The position numbers and the translations under genes are program-made. The notes under the pieces were generated by a model that was not told the DNA's origin, did not search any database, and saw nothing but the letters and a program-made list of their open reading frames with translations. From a bacterium (GTDB lineage Bacteria > Patescibacteriota > Patescibacteriia > 2-01-FULL-39-33), in NCBI GenBank assembly GCA_037130015.1, contig JBAXTU010000001.1:5153-69152 (forward strand): a stretch of DNA of 64,000 nt. The letters are read 5' to 3'. Shown one piece after another: positions 1-10,800 of this stretch (position 1 is its first letter; every line of letters begins with the position of its first letter).

Positions 1-1
1 G

Positions 2-766
2 CCGGTTGTTAATAATAAAAATAAAAAAGAAATTATTGATTTTTTATTTTCTGAAATTAAAAAAATAGCCAAACAAGAAAACGCTATTTTTTTACGTTTG
101 GAACCGGCTTGGCAGGAGAGTGAAGAAAATATCAGCTGGCTGAAAAATAATAATTTTAAATCCATTGGCCAAATTCAGCCAAAATCAACTTTAGTTTTGG
201 ATTTATTAAAAAGCGAAGAAGATCTTTTGCAAGCTATGAAGCCAAAGACTAGGTATAATATCAGGGTAGCTCAAAAGCATTGCATCAAGATAGATGAGGG
301 TAAAGAATATTTTGAAGCTTTTTGGAATTTAATGAAAAATACTTCCGAGCGTGATCAATTTGTGTCGCATCAAAAAGAATATTATCAAAAAATGTTGGAA
401 GTTTTGAGTGAGACTAAAAATTTAAAACTCCTCGTGGCCAAAGACGGTGACAAAGTAATTGCCACCAATCTGGTGGTTTATAGCGGTGATTGGTGTGTAT
501 ATTTGCATGGCGCTTCTGATTATTCGGCTCATGAAAAAATGGCGCCTTATCTATTGCAATGGGAAACTATACTGCAAGCCAAGGCGCATGAATGTTTGTA
601 TTATGATTTTTGGGGCGTGGACGAAATTAAATGGCCGGGTGTGAGTCGATTTAAAATCGGTTTTGCTCCGAACACTCAACTTACCAAATATGTCGGTGCC
701 TATGATTTGTCTTATGAAAAATTTTGGCATCAGGCTTATGTTGGTTTGCGAAAATTTAAAAAATAA
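2..766 (+). CDS. FemAB/MurM-family peptidoglycan bridge aminoacyltransferase (5'-truncated)
   Basis: Frame is open from position 2 (…AIFLRLEP). Motifs KTRYNIR, YLHGAS, PYLLQWE, YDFWGV and GVSRFKIGF are typical of FemABX proteins. Confidence 0.85.
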   Translation, partial: PVVNNKNKKEIIDFLFSEIKKIAKQENAIFLRLEPAWQESEENISWLKNNNFKSIGQIQPKSTLVLDLLKSEEDLLQAMKPKTRYNIRVAQKHCIKIDEGKEYFEAFWNLMKNTSERDQFVSHQKEYYQKMLEVLSETKNLKLLVAKDGDKVIATNLVVYSGDWCVYLHGASDYSAHEKMAPYLLQWETILQAKAHECLYYDFWGVDEIKWPGVSRFKIGFAPNTQLTKYVGAYDLSYEKFWHQAYVGLRKFKK

Positions 767-777
767 AATTATACCCA

Positions 778-1971
778 ATGAGTTTTGAAGTCAAAGACAT
801 GATCTTATCTTGTTTTCCTAGGCGTTTAAGTCGTCAAGTCAGGGAGCTATATTTTTCTTCGTTAATTTTGGTTTTTGCTGAATCGCTGATTGCAATTTTT
901 GAGCCGGTTTTTTTGTTTTTGTTTTTTTCTGGCAGAGGAGCTAGTTTGCCAATAGCATTAATGCAAGTGATTATTTTTTATTTGGCTATTTATGTTCTTT
1001 ATTTTTTTACCATTCCACTGGGCGCCAAATTTGCCAAGCATTTCGGCTATGAATATTCCATGTCATTAAGTTCTGTTTTTGTAGTTTTAATTTATTTGGG
1101 ATTTATTTTAATGAAAACTTGGTTTTGGCCAGCTATTATTTTATCAATTGTTTCTTATACTTTGGCCAAACTTTTTTATTGGCCGGCTTATCATGCTAAC
1201 TTTGCCCGTTTTTCAGATTGCAGTGAACGCGGTCGGGAAATTAGCAATCTGGGTGTTTTGCAATCAATCGGCGGTATTATTGCGCCAGTCATTGGCGGTT
1301 TTATTTTAAAATTTTATAGTTTTCCTGTATTGTTTGTTTTGGCCGCGGTTTTAATTTTGCTTTCTAATATTCCCATGCTTAGAACCAAAGAAAAATTTGA
1401 ACCAACAAAATTTTCTTATTTTGGCGCTTATAAATTTTTATTTTCAAAAGCCAAAAGACGCAAATTTTTCTCTCTTTGGGGATATGGCGAAGAATTTATC
1501 GCCATAGTAATTTGGCCGATTTTTATTTATGTGGTGGTCAAAGATTTTCTTGATCTGGGCGCTTTAACAGCCGTTTCTTTATTTGCCACCACCTTGATTT
1601 TTTTGTTTATCGGTCGTCTGACAGACAGCCAAGACGGGCGATCTATTTTGCGACTAGGGACTTGGTTTTATTTTTTCAGCTGGCTGGTAAGGCTTTTTAC
1701 CCGCACCGTGCCTGGCATTTTTACTGTTGATGTTTATTCTCGTCTGGGCAAGCAAGCGCTTAGCGTGCCTATTACAGCTATGACTTATAGCAAAGCTATG
1801 GAAAAAGATTCATCCACCATGGGTACTATTTTATTTTTTGAAATGTCGCTAGTAGCCGGCAAAATTATAGCCATGATTGCTTGTTTATTACTGTTGCAAT
1901 TTTTCGCTTTCAGTTGGAATCCGCTTTTTGTTTTGGCCGGACTCATGAGTTTGCTTTATTTATTGTTTTAA
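778..1971 (+). CDS. MFS-type transporter
   Basis: 397 aa with about 12 hydrophobic segments, a GRLTDSQDGR loop motif and APVIGG. Confidence 0.75.
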   Translation: MSFEVKDMILSCFPRRLSRQVRELYFSSLILVFAESLIAIFEPVFLFLFFSGRGASLPIALMQVIIFYLAIYVLYFFTIPLGAKFAKHFGYEYSMSLSSVFVVLIYLGFILMKTWFWPAIILSIVSYTLAKLFYWPAYHANFARFSDCSERGREISNLGVLQSIGGIIAPVIGGFILKFYSFPVLFVLAAVLILLSNIPMLRTKEKFEPTKFSYFGAYKFLFSKAKRRKFFSLWGYGEEFIAIVIWPIFIYVVVKDFLDLGALTAVSLFATTLIFLFIGRLTDSQDGRSILRLGTWFYFFSWLVRLFTRTVPGIFTVDVYSRLGKQALSVPITAMTYSKAMEKDSSTMGTILFFEMSLVAGKIIAMIACLLLLQFFAFSWNPLFVLAGLMSLLYLLF

Positions 1972-1974
1972 TTT

Positions 1975-3006
1975 ATGGCGAGTCGCTGGAAATTTATTGA
2001 TGTGCTCAGGGGATTGGCCATAGTGCTAATGGTTTTTAATCATACGGCCAGGTACCTATTGGACATTTCTGTTTTTGGCTATGAACAATTTGTTTATGGC
2101 ACCATGATTATGGCTGGGCCTGTTTTTTTGTTTTTGGTGGGTTTTTCACTGGCCTTGTCATTTGAGGCGACCAAAAAAAATATCAAGTCAAACAGAAAAA
2201 TAATCAGCAAATATGTTTTTAGAGGGTTAATAATTACAGCCGTTGGTTTTTTTCTTAGCTTTTGCGTTTTTTTGGACGAACAGTCATTGACTAGCAATGT
2301 TTTACACACCATTGGGGAAGGAATTATTTTAGCCATTCCTTTTTTATACTTCAGTCAAAAGTCCATTGGCCGTTTATTGACTTTATTTTTGGCCATAATT
2401 GTTATAATTTCTTTTTATTGGCTTTATCTTTTTTTTGTATTTTTTTCATTGTCGCATCAGATTATCGCGCAAATGTTTTTGTCTGGTTTTCAGTTGGTGC
2501 CATGGTTTGGTGTTATATTGCTAGGCATAGTCTCTGGCAATTTTTTTATTTTATCTGTACAAAAAAATCAGGCTAGTTTGTTTTTTAAAAAAATATTAGG
2601 TCTAGGTATTTGTAGTTTTTTGGTTTTTATATGTGTACAAATGATAAATCCGCAGACGCTTTGGCTGTTTAGCGGGGATTATGACCTGAACGGTTTTTGG
2701 TTGCCATCAGGAGCAATGATGATTTTTATCTTGTCAGGAATTATGGTTTGCTTGTCTGCTGTGTATTATTTGGTTGAAATTAAAAAAATAAATTTGCAAT
2801 TTTTGATTGATTTTGGTCGGGCTTCGCTTGTGTTGTATGTTTGGCATTTATTTTTAGTGGTTGTGGTTTTTGAGATTATTCTAGGTTTAAATTTTTTCAA
2901 TTGGTTTTTGTTTTTTGTTTTTGATTTGTTGTTGTTTGTATTTTTGTGGCAGTCAGCTAAAATATGGATAGAGATTAAAAAATATTTAAAAAAATATGTA
3001 TACTAA
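1975..3006 (+). CDS. Polytopic membrane acyltransferase-like protein (DUF1624/HGSNAT-like)
   Basis: N-terminal IDVLRGLAIVLMVFNH, FLFLVGFS and GRASLVLYVWH motifs; many TM helices. Confidence 0.75.
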   Translation: MASRWKFIDVLRGLAIVLMVFNHTARYLLDISVFGYEQFVYGTMIMAGPVFLFLVGFSLALSFEATKKNIKSNRKIISKYVFRGLIITAVGFFLSFCVFLDEQSLTSNVLHTIGEGIILAIPFLYFSQKSIGRLLTLFLAIIVIISFYWLYLFFVFFSLSHQIIAQMFLSGFQLVPWFGVILLGIVSGNFFILSVQKNQASLFFKKILGLGICSFLVFICVQMINPQTLWLFSGDYDLNGFWLPSGAMMIFILSGIMVCLSAVYYLVEIKKINLQFLIDFGRASLVLYVWHLFLVVVVFEIILGLNFFNWFLFFVFDLLLFVFLWQSAKIWIEIKKYLKKYVY

Positions 3007-3820
3007 AGACCAAATCAAAACACTTTGCGCCAAATACGACCTGATGCCATCAAAAAGCAAAGGGCAGAATTTTTTGACTGACTTTAAAGTGATTGAAAAA
3101 ATAATTGAAGTGGCAAAAATAAGCAAACAGGAAACGATTTTAGAAATAGGTCCTGGTTTGGGCGTGTTGACAGGGGAGTTGATAAAATCAGCCAAAAAAG
3201 TAATAGCCGTGGAATTGGACAAAAAATTGTTTGATTTTTTACAAGTTGAGTTTGTAGGAATTGAAAATTTAGAATTGATTAATTCCGACATTTTGAAATT
3301 GAATTTAGCAAAATTGAATTTAAAAGATTTTGAATATCGTCTGATTGCTAATTTGCCATATAATATTACTTCCGTGGCTATTAGAAATTTTTTGACTAAT
3401 TCGCCCAAGCCCAGTGAAATGATTCTTATGGTACAAAAAGAAGTGGCCCAAAGGATTTGTGCGCCTATTGGTGAAATGAGTATTTTGGGTATTTCAGCCC
3501 AGTTCTATGGCCTGCCAGAGGTCTTATTTGAGGTCAGGCGAGGTTGTTTTTGGCCAGAGCCGAAAGTTGACTCAGCTGTAATTAAAATAAAGTTAAAAGA
3601 AAATTTACCTGAAATTAGCGAAAAAAAGTTTTTTCAAATAGTGAAGATGGGTTTTTCTTCCCGTCGCAAGCAATTACATAATAATTTGGCTTCGGGATTG
3701 AACTTAAAAAGTGAAGATTTAAAAAAAATTATTATGGATTTGGGTTTTGATGAAAAAATCAGAGCGCAAGATTTGGGAGTGGCTGATTGGATTAAAATTC
3801 AGCAGATGATTTCTAAATAA
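2996..3820 (+). CDS. rsmA: 16S rRNA m6(2)A dimethyltransferase
   Basis: GQNFL, LEIGPGLGVLT, ANLPYNIT, MVQKEVA and PKVDSAV motifs. Confidence 0.97.
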   Translation: MYTKDQIKTLCAKYDLMPSKSKGQNFLTDFKVIEKIIEVAKISKQETILEIGPGLGVLTGELIKSAKKVIAVELDKKLFDFLQVEFVGIENLELINSDILKLNLAKLNLKDFEYRLIANLPYNITSVAIRNFLTNSPKPSEMILMVQKEVAQRICAPIGEMSILGISAQFYGLPEVLFEVRRGCFWPEPKVDSAVIKIKLKENLPEISEKKFFQIVKMGFSSRRKQLHNNLASGLNLKSEDLKKIIMDLGFDEKIRAQDLGVADWIKIQQMISK

Positions 3821-3893
3821 TATTTATTTGGGAATGATTTAATTTTTATGGTTTAATATATTTGTTTTTTATTTGTTAGTTTTATATTAAATG

Positions 3894-3902
3894 TGGTATA
3901 AT
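3894..3902 (+). promoter_or_regulatory. Extended -10 promoter (TGgTATAAT) for the giant-protein operon
   Basis: TGGTATAAT lies 30 bp before the ATG at 3932. Confidence 0.6.
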
Positions 3903-3917
3903 TTAGTTATAAAATAA

Positions 3918-3926
3918 TTATCCACA
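3918..3926 (+). promoter_or_regulatory. Consensus DnaA box TTATCCACA
   Basis: Exact 9-mer between the -10 element and the start codon. Confidence 0.45.
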
Positions 3927-3931
3927 CTTCA

Positions 3932-4888
3932 ATGGAAGGTGAAGAAAGAAACAGGCCTGATTCTTTGCAAGTTGATCCGTCAAATTGGGAAGAATATCAA
4001 GAAACAGTTGATGAAAATACTGTTTTTTCAGACGAAAAAAGGCCACGAAAAGAAAAAGCCGTTGCCGGAGCTATTTTAATTGTGGCTTTGGTGGCTGTTT
4101 TTTTTGTTTATTATCAGTTGTCATTGGCTGTTACCAGTCCTTTTAATTCTTTTATGCAAGCTACCAGTATAGCGTCAAGTTCTTTTGTTGCGACAGATAA
4201 TAATGGCAGTAATTCCGCAATTAAAGATCAATTTTTGTCCATGGCAGAGCTTAAAAGCAAAGACACGGATGGTGATGGTCTGTCTGATTATGATGAATTA
4301 TACAAATATCACACCAGTCAATTTTTAGAAGACACGGATGGTGATGGTATTTTTGATGGACAGGAAATAAAAGACGGTACCGATCCTCGTTGCCCCACCG
4401 GACAAATGTGTGATCATAGTTTAGAGGTGGCTTTGGCTCCGCCAACTTTTGATACCTCTGTTATGTCTTTGCCTGATCAAACAGCTGTACCCGATGCTAG
4501 TACCACCTTGAATATTATTAAGCAGTTATTATTAGATAATGGTGTTCCTCCTGATCAAATATATCAATTCAGTGATGCTGATTTGTTAGTTATGTATCAG
4601 CAGGTTGGCTCAGAACAAACCAGCTTGAGTAGTGTACAGCAGGTTACATCGGGGAATAGTGGTGTTAGTCAAATTCAATATAGCAATAACGTTGATTTTA
4701 AAACTTTAGGCATTAATTCACTAGAAGATTTTAAAAAAATGTCAGGATCTCAATTGCGTCAACTTATGATTTATCAGGGCGTAGCAACTGATACTTTAAA
4801 TCAAATTACCGATGATGAAATAAAAACTATCTTTTTAGAGCAATTACAATCAGTAACTAGTAGTACTGCCACTTCAACCTTAAAATAA
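3932..4888 (+). CDS. Membrane-anchored protein with TSP3-like Ca-binding repeats
   Basis: One TM helix (aa ~43-66), two DTDGDG repeats (DTDGDGLSD…DTDGDGIFDGQE…GTDP) and a duplicated C-terminal helical motif. Confidence 0.7.
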   Translation: MEGEERNRPDSLQVDPSNWEEYQETVDENTVFSDEKRPRKEKAVAGAILIVALVAVFFVYYQLSLAVTSPFNSFMQATSIASSSFVATDNNGSNSAIKDQFLSMAELKSKDTDGDGLSDYDELYKYHTSQFLEDTDGDGIFDGQEIKDGTDPRCPTGQMCDHSLEVALAPPTFDTSVMSLPDQTAVPDASTTLNIIKQLLLDNGVPPDQIYQFSDADLLVMYQQVGSEQTSLSSVQQVTSGNSGVSQIQYSNNVDFKTLGINSLEDFKKMSGSQLRQLMIYQGVATDTLNQITDDEIKTIFLEQLQSVTSSTATSTLK

Positions 4889-4899
4889 TTTTATTTTTA

Positions 4900-7800
4900 A
4901 TGTTAAATAAATTGTTTTCATTTATAAAAAATCAGAGCTTCAAACAGTTGATTGCTGGTTTTTTATTGTTTTTAGTTATGTTTTTTGTGCCGATGATGCC
5001 AGTTTTGGCGCAAAGTGCTGTGGCAATAACAGCAACTCAGAGAGCCTATGATGCAGCTTTATTAGATACTGCTGTTAAATATGGCCTGGTTACAATGGGA
5101 CTTAATGCTGCTTATAAAATTTGTATGAATAATGATAAGGGAGCAAAACCAGATCAGCCAGGTCCTGTAAAACCAGAAAGTAATACTTCTGGTGAAGATG
5201 GGTCAGGTTTTAATTATGATGATCCGTATGCATCGGCTATTCCACTAGAGCCAACACCAGCCATGAATACTGATATTCAAAATTTGACTAATTGTATGGC
5301 TGAATCTTTGAAGGGCAATGCTGTTTTTACTAGAGCCCAGATTGAGGCGGATATTAAAATACGTCAGAGTCAAACCAATGAGAGTGGAATGGATAAAATA
5401 TTTAAAGATGTTTTTGCTGCAGCCTGGAAAAACATGTGGAGTCAATTTTCCAAAAGAATAGCTTATGACACTGCCAGTTGGCTGGCTTCTGGTGGCAAAG
5501 GGCAACAGCCATTATTTGTGACTCAAGGTTTTGGCCCTTATATGCTTGGCGTGGCCGACGAATCGGTGGGTGCTTTTATTGATACTATAGACAAACAATA
5601 TGGCGTCAATTTGTGCGCGCCAAATTTACAAATTCAATTATTGTTTAAGCTGGGACTAAATCCGAATGTTCCTCCAGTTCAATGCCGTTTCAGTAAAATG
5701 ATCACCAATTGGGGTTCGGCTATCAATGATGCCAGCTTTACTGTCAATTATAACGCCTATTTATCGCCTTCAGAAAATGATTTTGGTGTTTTTCTTAAAT
5801 TGCAAACCGGAGTTATTGATGAAAAAAATTGGGCTTTGTTTCAGGCGGCTCTAAAATTAAATACCGATAATGGTTGGCAAGATGTGCAAAATTTTGCCAA
5901 AAAAATCTTGACTCCTGGCAGTATGGTTAAAGAGTTAGCCATGAATTCAGGTGGAGCAGATATTAACAAATTCATGGAAGAACAAAAAGTTTTTACTGGT
6001 ACGGTGGTTGATTTTATTAATACTTTTGCTCAGACTTTGGTTTTTAAATTATTTAGTAATTTGCAAAATGGTTATTTTTCTAATAATAGTGATAGTAGTA
6101 GTGGCAATAGTTTAGCTGGCTTAAACTTAACTGATTTGTCTGGTTTGTTTAATTCTCAATCCCAACCATTTATTGAAGGTAAGGCTGGTGCGGCCGGAAG
6201 ACTGACAGGAATATTTCAGGCTCAAGATTCTGCTGCCAATCCAGGTCCGTATGATATTATTAATAAATTAATTTTTTGTTCAGATACTGCCAGAAAAAAT
6301 CCCGGACCAACCGATTGTGTAATAGACGAATCTTTTGCTTCTGGCATCCGTAATAGGGTTTTTGTCAAGGACTTGCCAGATAGTATTAAAAAACGTCGTT
6401 TTGCTCCTTCTGCTAATGATGTCACCAATCCTCAACTGGCTTTTACTTGGCGTAATATTGAAATACTTAGAAAATATCGCATTGTGCCAGACGGTTGGGA
6501 TGTGGCGGCTCAGTATTTGGCAAAAGCCACTGGCACTTATGTCACCCTAAATGATTTAATATCATGTTTTGATCCAAATGATAATTATACTGACTATTTT
6601 GCCCCATGGTGTGAAGGAATGATTGATCCTTTTTGGATTTTGAAGGCTTCAGAGCTTTTTTGCCGACGGCAAGGATATGGCGCCACCAATTTATTTTTTG
6701 ATGCTCAAGATGGTACAATTCAAAGAAATAAATATTGTTCTGATGAACAACAGTGTATAAAAGAAGATTATCAAGGAAATTGTTTGGCTTATGGCTATTG
6801 CACTGAAGAAAGACGCAATTGGGATTTTAATGCCACGCCTTGCGAACCAAAATATAATACTTGCCAAACAGTCACTAGTCGTCTTGGTGGGACTAATTCT
6901 TATTTAAAAAATACGCTTGATTTCCGTTATTGCAATGCGCAAAACGCTGGTTGCCGTTGGTATAGTGCCACTTTGAATCCAGTTTCCAATGATTGGATGC
7001 ATGAGACATCTTATTATCCTTCATCAGATGCTTCTTCTACTTTAGCCCTGACAAAATGTGGAGAATATGGAGGCTGTGATGTTAAAGGCACAGGAGAACA
7101 AGTAGGCGCTTGGCGTAGTATTAGTCCAGATTACAAAGTTATTTTGGGAAGTCCTTGTCTGGACACTAATAATTGTAAATTTACCGCTGATGATAAATGC
7201 ACAATTCCTTATGGTGGAATTAAATGTCTGACCGGATCTTCCACTTGGCTCACTTTGGGAACATCAACTATGCCTGGAGCCGAGACCATTTATTTTAATC
7301 GTCAGGTTCAGGCTTGCGATGGTTCAGAAAGTGGTTGTAGTCAGTTTATACGTGCCGTGCCTGGAGTTGGCAGTAATCTAATACCAAATAGTGGTTTTAA
7401 TATTGATGAAAATAATAACAACAAGCCAGATGGCTGGGAAAAAGGAGCACATGCATCACATATGACTTCTACTAATGGGCAGGTTTTGGTAGATTATGAT
7501 GCTGAGACCATATACGCAACAGTGATAAGCGTCAAACCAAATACAAGGTATGTTCTTTCTGTTTATGCGGCTCAAACTTCAACCGTTTCCACTAGTGAAG
7601 CTAGAATAGAAACCCAATTATTTGAGTCAAATGATGCCAATATTTCACACAATAATGTTACAGGGTATGGTTTAAAAAGCATTGCTACTAATTGTACAGT
7701 GTCAGCCGGAGGTAATAATTATTTTGGAGCAGAAGCTAAAACTACGGAATTAATTTTTAAACCAGCAGGTACGGATCCGGAAAGAAGTTCTTGTTGGTTT

Positions 7801-10800
7801 GAAACGCCAGCCACAGCTGGGCAAATTGGTATAAAGATGTTTGCGAATGATTTGCTTGTTCCGACTGGTAAGCAAATACTTATAAGTGATATTCAATTAG
7901 AAGAAGTTGCTTATGGTGTTGAGTATCCTTCGTCTTATACGGATTATGCACCATCTCAAAGACCGAGCAATCAATTGGGTTATGTGAAAAAAGCACCTGA
8001 TTATTATCGTTGCTATACCACTTCAACTTTTTCAGCTTGGCCATTAAATCGCAATCAATTGGAAAAAGTTTTACAGCAAAGAAGGCCAGAATGTTCTGCT
8101 TATGCTGGTGTTTGTATTCCAGAAGAAGTTGGTTGTGAGGCTTTTACACCAGTTAATAAAGATCCTATGGTGCCAGGCGTGGCCACCAAAGCTGATTTAT
8201 GTCCGGCCGAGTGTCTAAATTACCAAACCTATCGCCAATCAGAAACAAGTTTCTTGTCACCTGATGAGCGTCAGTTTATTGCTAATAGCAATTTAAAAAC
8301 TTGTTCGGCATCTGTGGCTGGTTGTGATGAATTTACAAATATTGATGAAGCGACCAGAGGTGGAGAGAGTAGGGAATATTATTCCAAATTGAAATTTTGT
8401 CAAAAGCCAGCCAGTGATGACAGTGATTATTTCACTTGGGAAGGTAGCGACACCACTGGTTATCAATTGAAATCATATCGTCTGAAACATAGCCAAACTA
8501 GCAGTGTTGATCCTACGGCACCTTGCACTGTTTTGACTTATCCAACAGGTAGTGGTGGAGCTAATGCTTGTAAAGATCTTATTACTGATGGTGATGCTAG
8601 AATTGCTTTACCTAGTCCTTTGGCTGGTCCGGTTGTTAAAGCTGGAAGGTTAAAAGATTATTTAACTCATTTAAATAATGATGTCATTACCACCAGCACA
8701 GACTTGAATCCACTGATTACAACAGAATTACACAAATATGGTTTGTGCGCCAAGCAAGAAGTGAAAGGTTATTATTATTTTTCAGATAATGGCACGCCAG
8801 CCACTACCACTGATGATAGTTTGGTGTATACGCCAATTAACCCGGATTGCCGTGAGTTTTATGATGATATGGGTAATGTTAGTTATCGTTTGCTGTATCA
8901 GACTATTATGTCCACCAATAATTGTTATGCTTATCGTCGCACTCAGACACAATATTCGTTTCTTGATGCTCAAAATGATTGTGATAATTATCAGGGTTAT
9001 TGGGATACTACTAATAATGTTTGTATTTACATGGCGGTGCCAAAAGGTGGTCGTGTTTGTTCGGCTACGGCCGTTGGTTGTCGTGAATATATAGGCAATC
9101 GTGGTAATAATGTGCAAAATGTATTAAACACTGATTTTGAAAGCGGAGCCGACTCCTGGCAATATGGCACACTCAGTGCCGCAGCCACTTATCCTGGCGG
9201 TTCTTCTTTTTCTAATAAAGCGGCTAGTGGCCAAAACTTTGGACAAGTGATCAGAAATATTTATTTAAGCAATAATCGTTCATATACTTTGAGTTTTTGG
9301 GTACGAGGCGGAGATATTGACGGAGATTTTTCTCTGGACTCTGTGCGTTTGTTGGCCACATCTTCTATGAGTGGAACTAATGATTATCATAGTTTTTTTG
9401 CGGTATCTTCAACTCAGGCTAGTGAAGCTGGCCTTTCCTCTCAGGGTGTTTCTAGTACCTTGGCCGTGGTAGAAGTTAATGATCAATGGCGCCGTTATGA
9501 GCTGGGACCGGTGTATGTTGATTGGGGTGGCAATCAAGAATATTTTTCAAATACTCTAGAATTAAATATACCAACTGGTAAAACAATTTTTATTGATAAT
9601 GTAATTCTAAAAGAAGTCAATCAAAATATTTATGCCATAGACAACTCTTGGGTGACTCCATTTTCTTGCGACAACAAAATTGAAACGCCTTATGGCAGTA
9701 GCAGTACTAATCCGAGTTTTGTTTATGATAGTTACAATGCGGTGCGTGATTATCCTGGGGAAATGGTGGGTTGTAGCGCTTATCGTGACAGAAAAAATGT
9801 TGTTTGGAATCTAAAATCGTTTGAGCGTTTGTGCCGTCCAGATGCTATTGGTTGTGAGGCTTTGATTGATACTTATAATTCTGATTCGCCTTTTGGAATA
9901 ACATATAATGTTGGCGATCAAAAAGGCGCTGAGGTGAAAGTACCTGCTGATTCGCAAATTTATATGGTCAATGACAAGCCGTTTGAATGTAAGGCAGAAA
10001 ATATGGGTTGCGGAGCATATGGTTTGCCTAATATGACCAGATATGATGAAACAGTTGGCTATAATACTATATTTTTGAAAAATCAACCTGATCGCTATAA
10101 TTCTGATTTGTGCAAATCCAATGAATTATGGTGCGAGCAATTCCAAGAACAATCCAAGTCTGTTAATAGTTCTTTTGTGTATTTCAAGGATCCTAGAGGA
10201 AAATTGTGCCAATATTCAATAGCTGGTACAAGTATTGATGGTTTGTCTAATTTGGGTCAGTGGTATGAGGTTAATGCTTCTACTACTTGTGCAGTGGATT
10301 ATTATCAAACTATTGGCGTGGGCAATAGGGAAGAGAAAAAACAACCAGTTGGTTGGTGGGAAAATGATCCCGCAAACTCTAATTTTGGAGGAGAAAGCAC
10401 ACGGTATGCAACTGGTTGGGCAGGATTATGTCCACCAACTCAAAGCAGTTGCACAGAATATATTGATCCTTTGGGACAATTTTATGGCAACATGATTGAT
10501 ACTAGATTAGTATCTGTAGAGCATAAAATGTCAATAGCTTTGGATGCTGATGTTTTGTATGTGGTTTCGGCTAAGACAGTTGAATATAGTGCGGGGACAA
10601 CAACACCTAATATTAGTGTTTATTGTCCTGGTTCAAAAATCTTATCACCAGATTTGAGTATGCAATCACCAACTGGTGTAGGTGAAAGTATTAGCTTGGA
10701 TAGAAATCAATTTACAACTAAAGAGCAGGTAAGTGGAAGATTTTATTTAATAAGTACAAATAATTACACTAGTTTTAATTGTACTGTTTCGTATAGTCCA

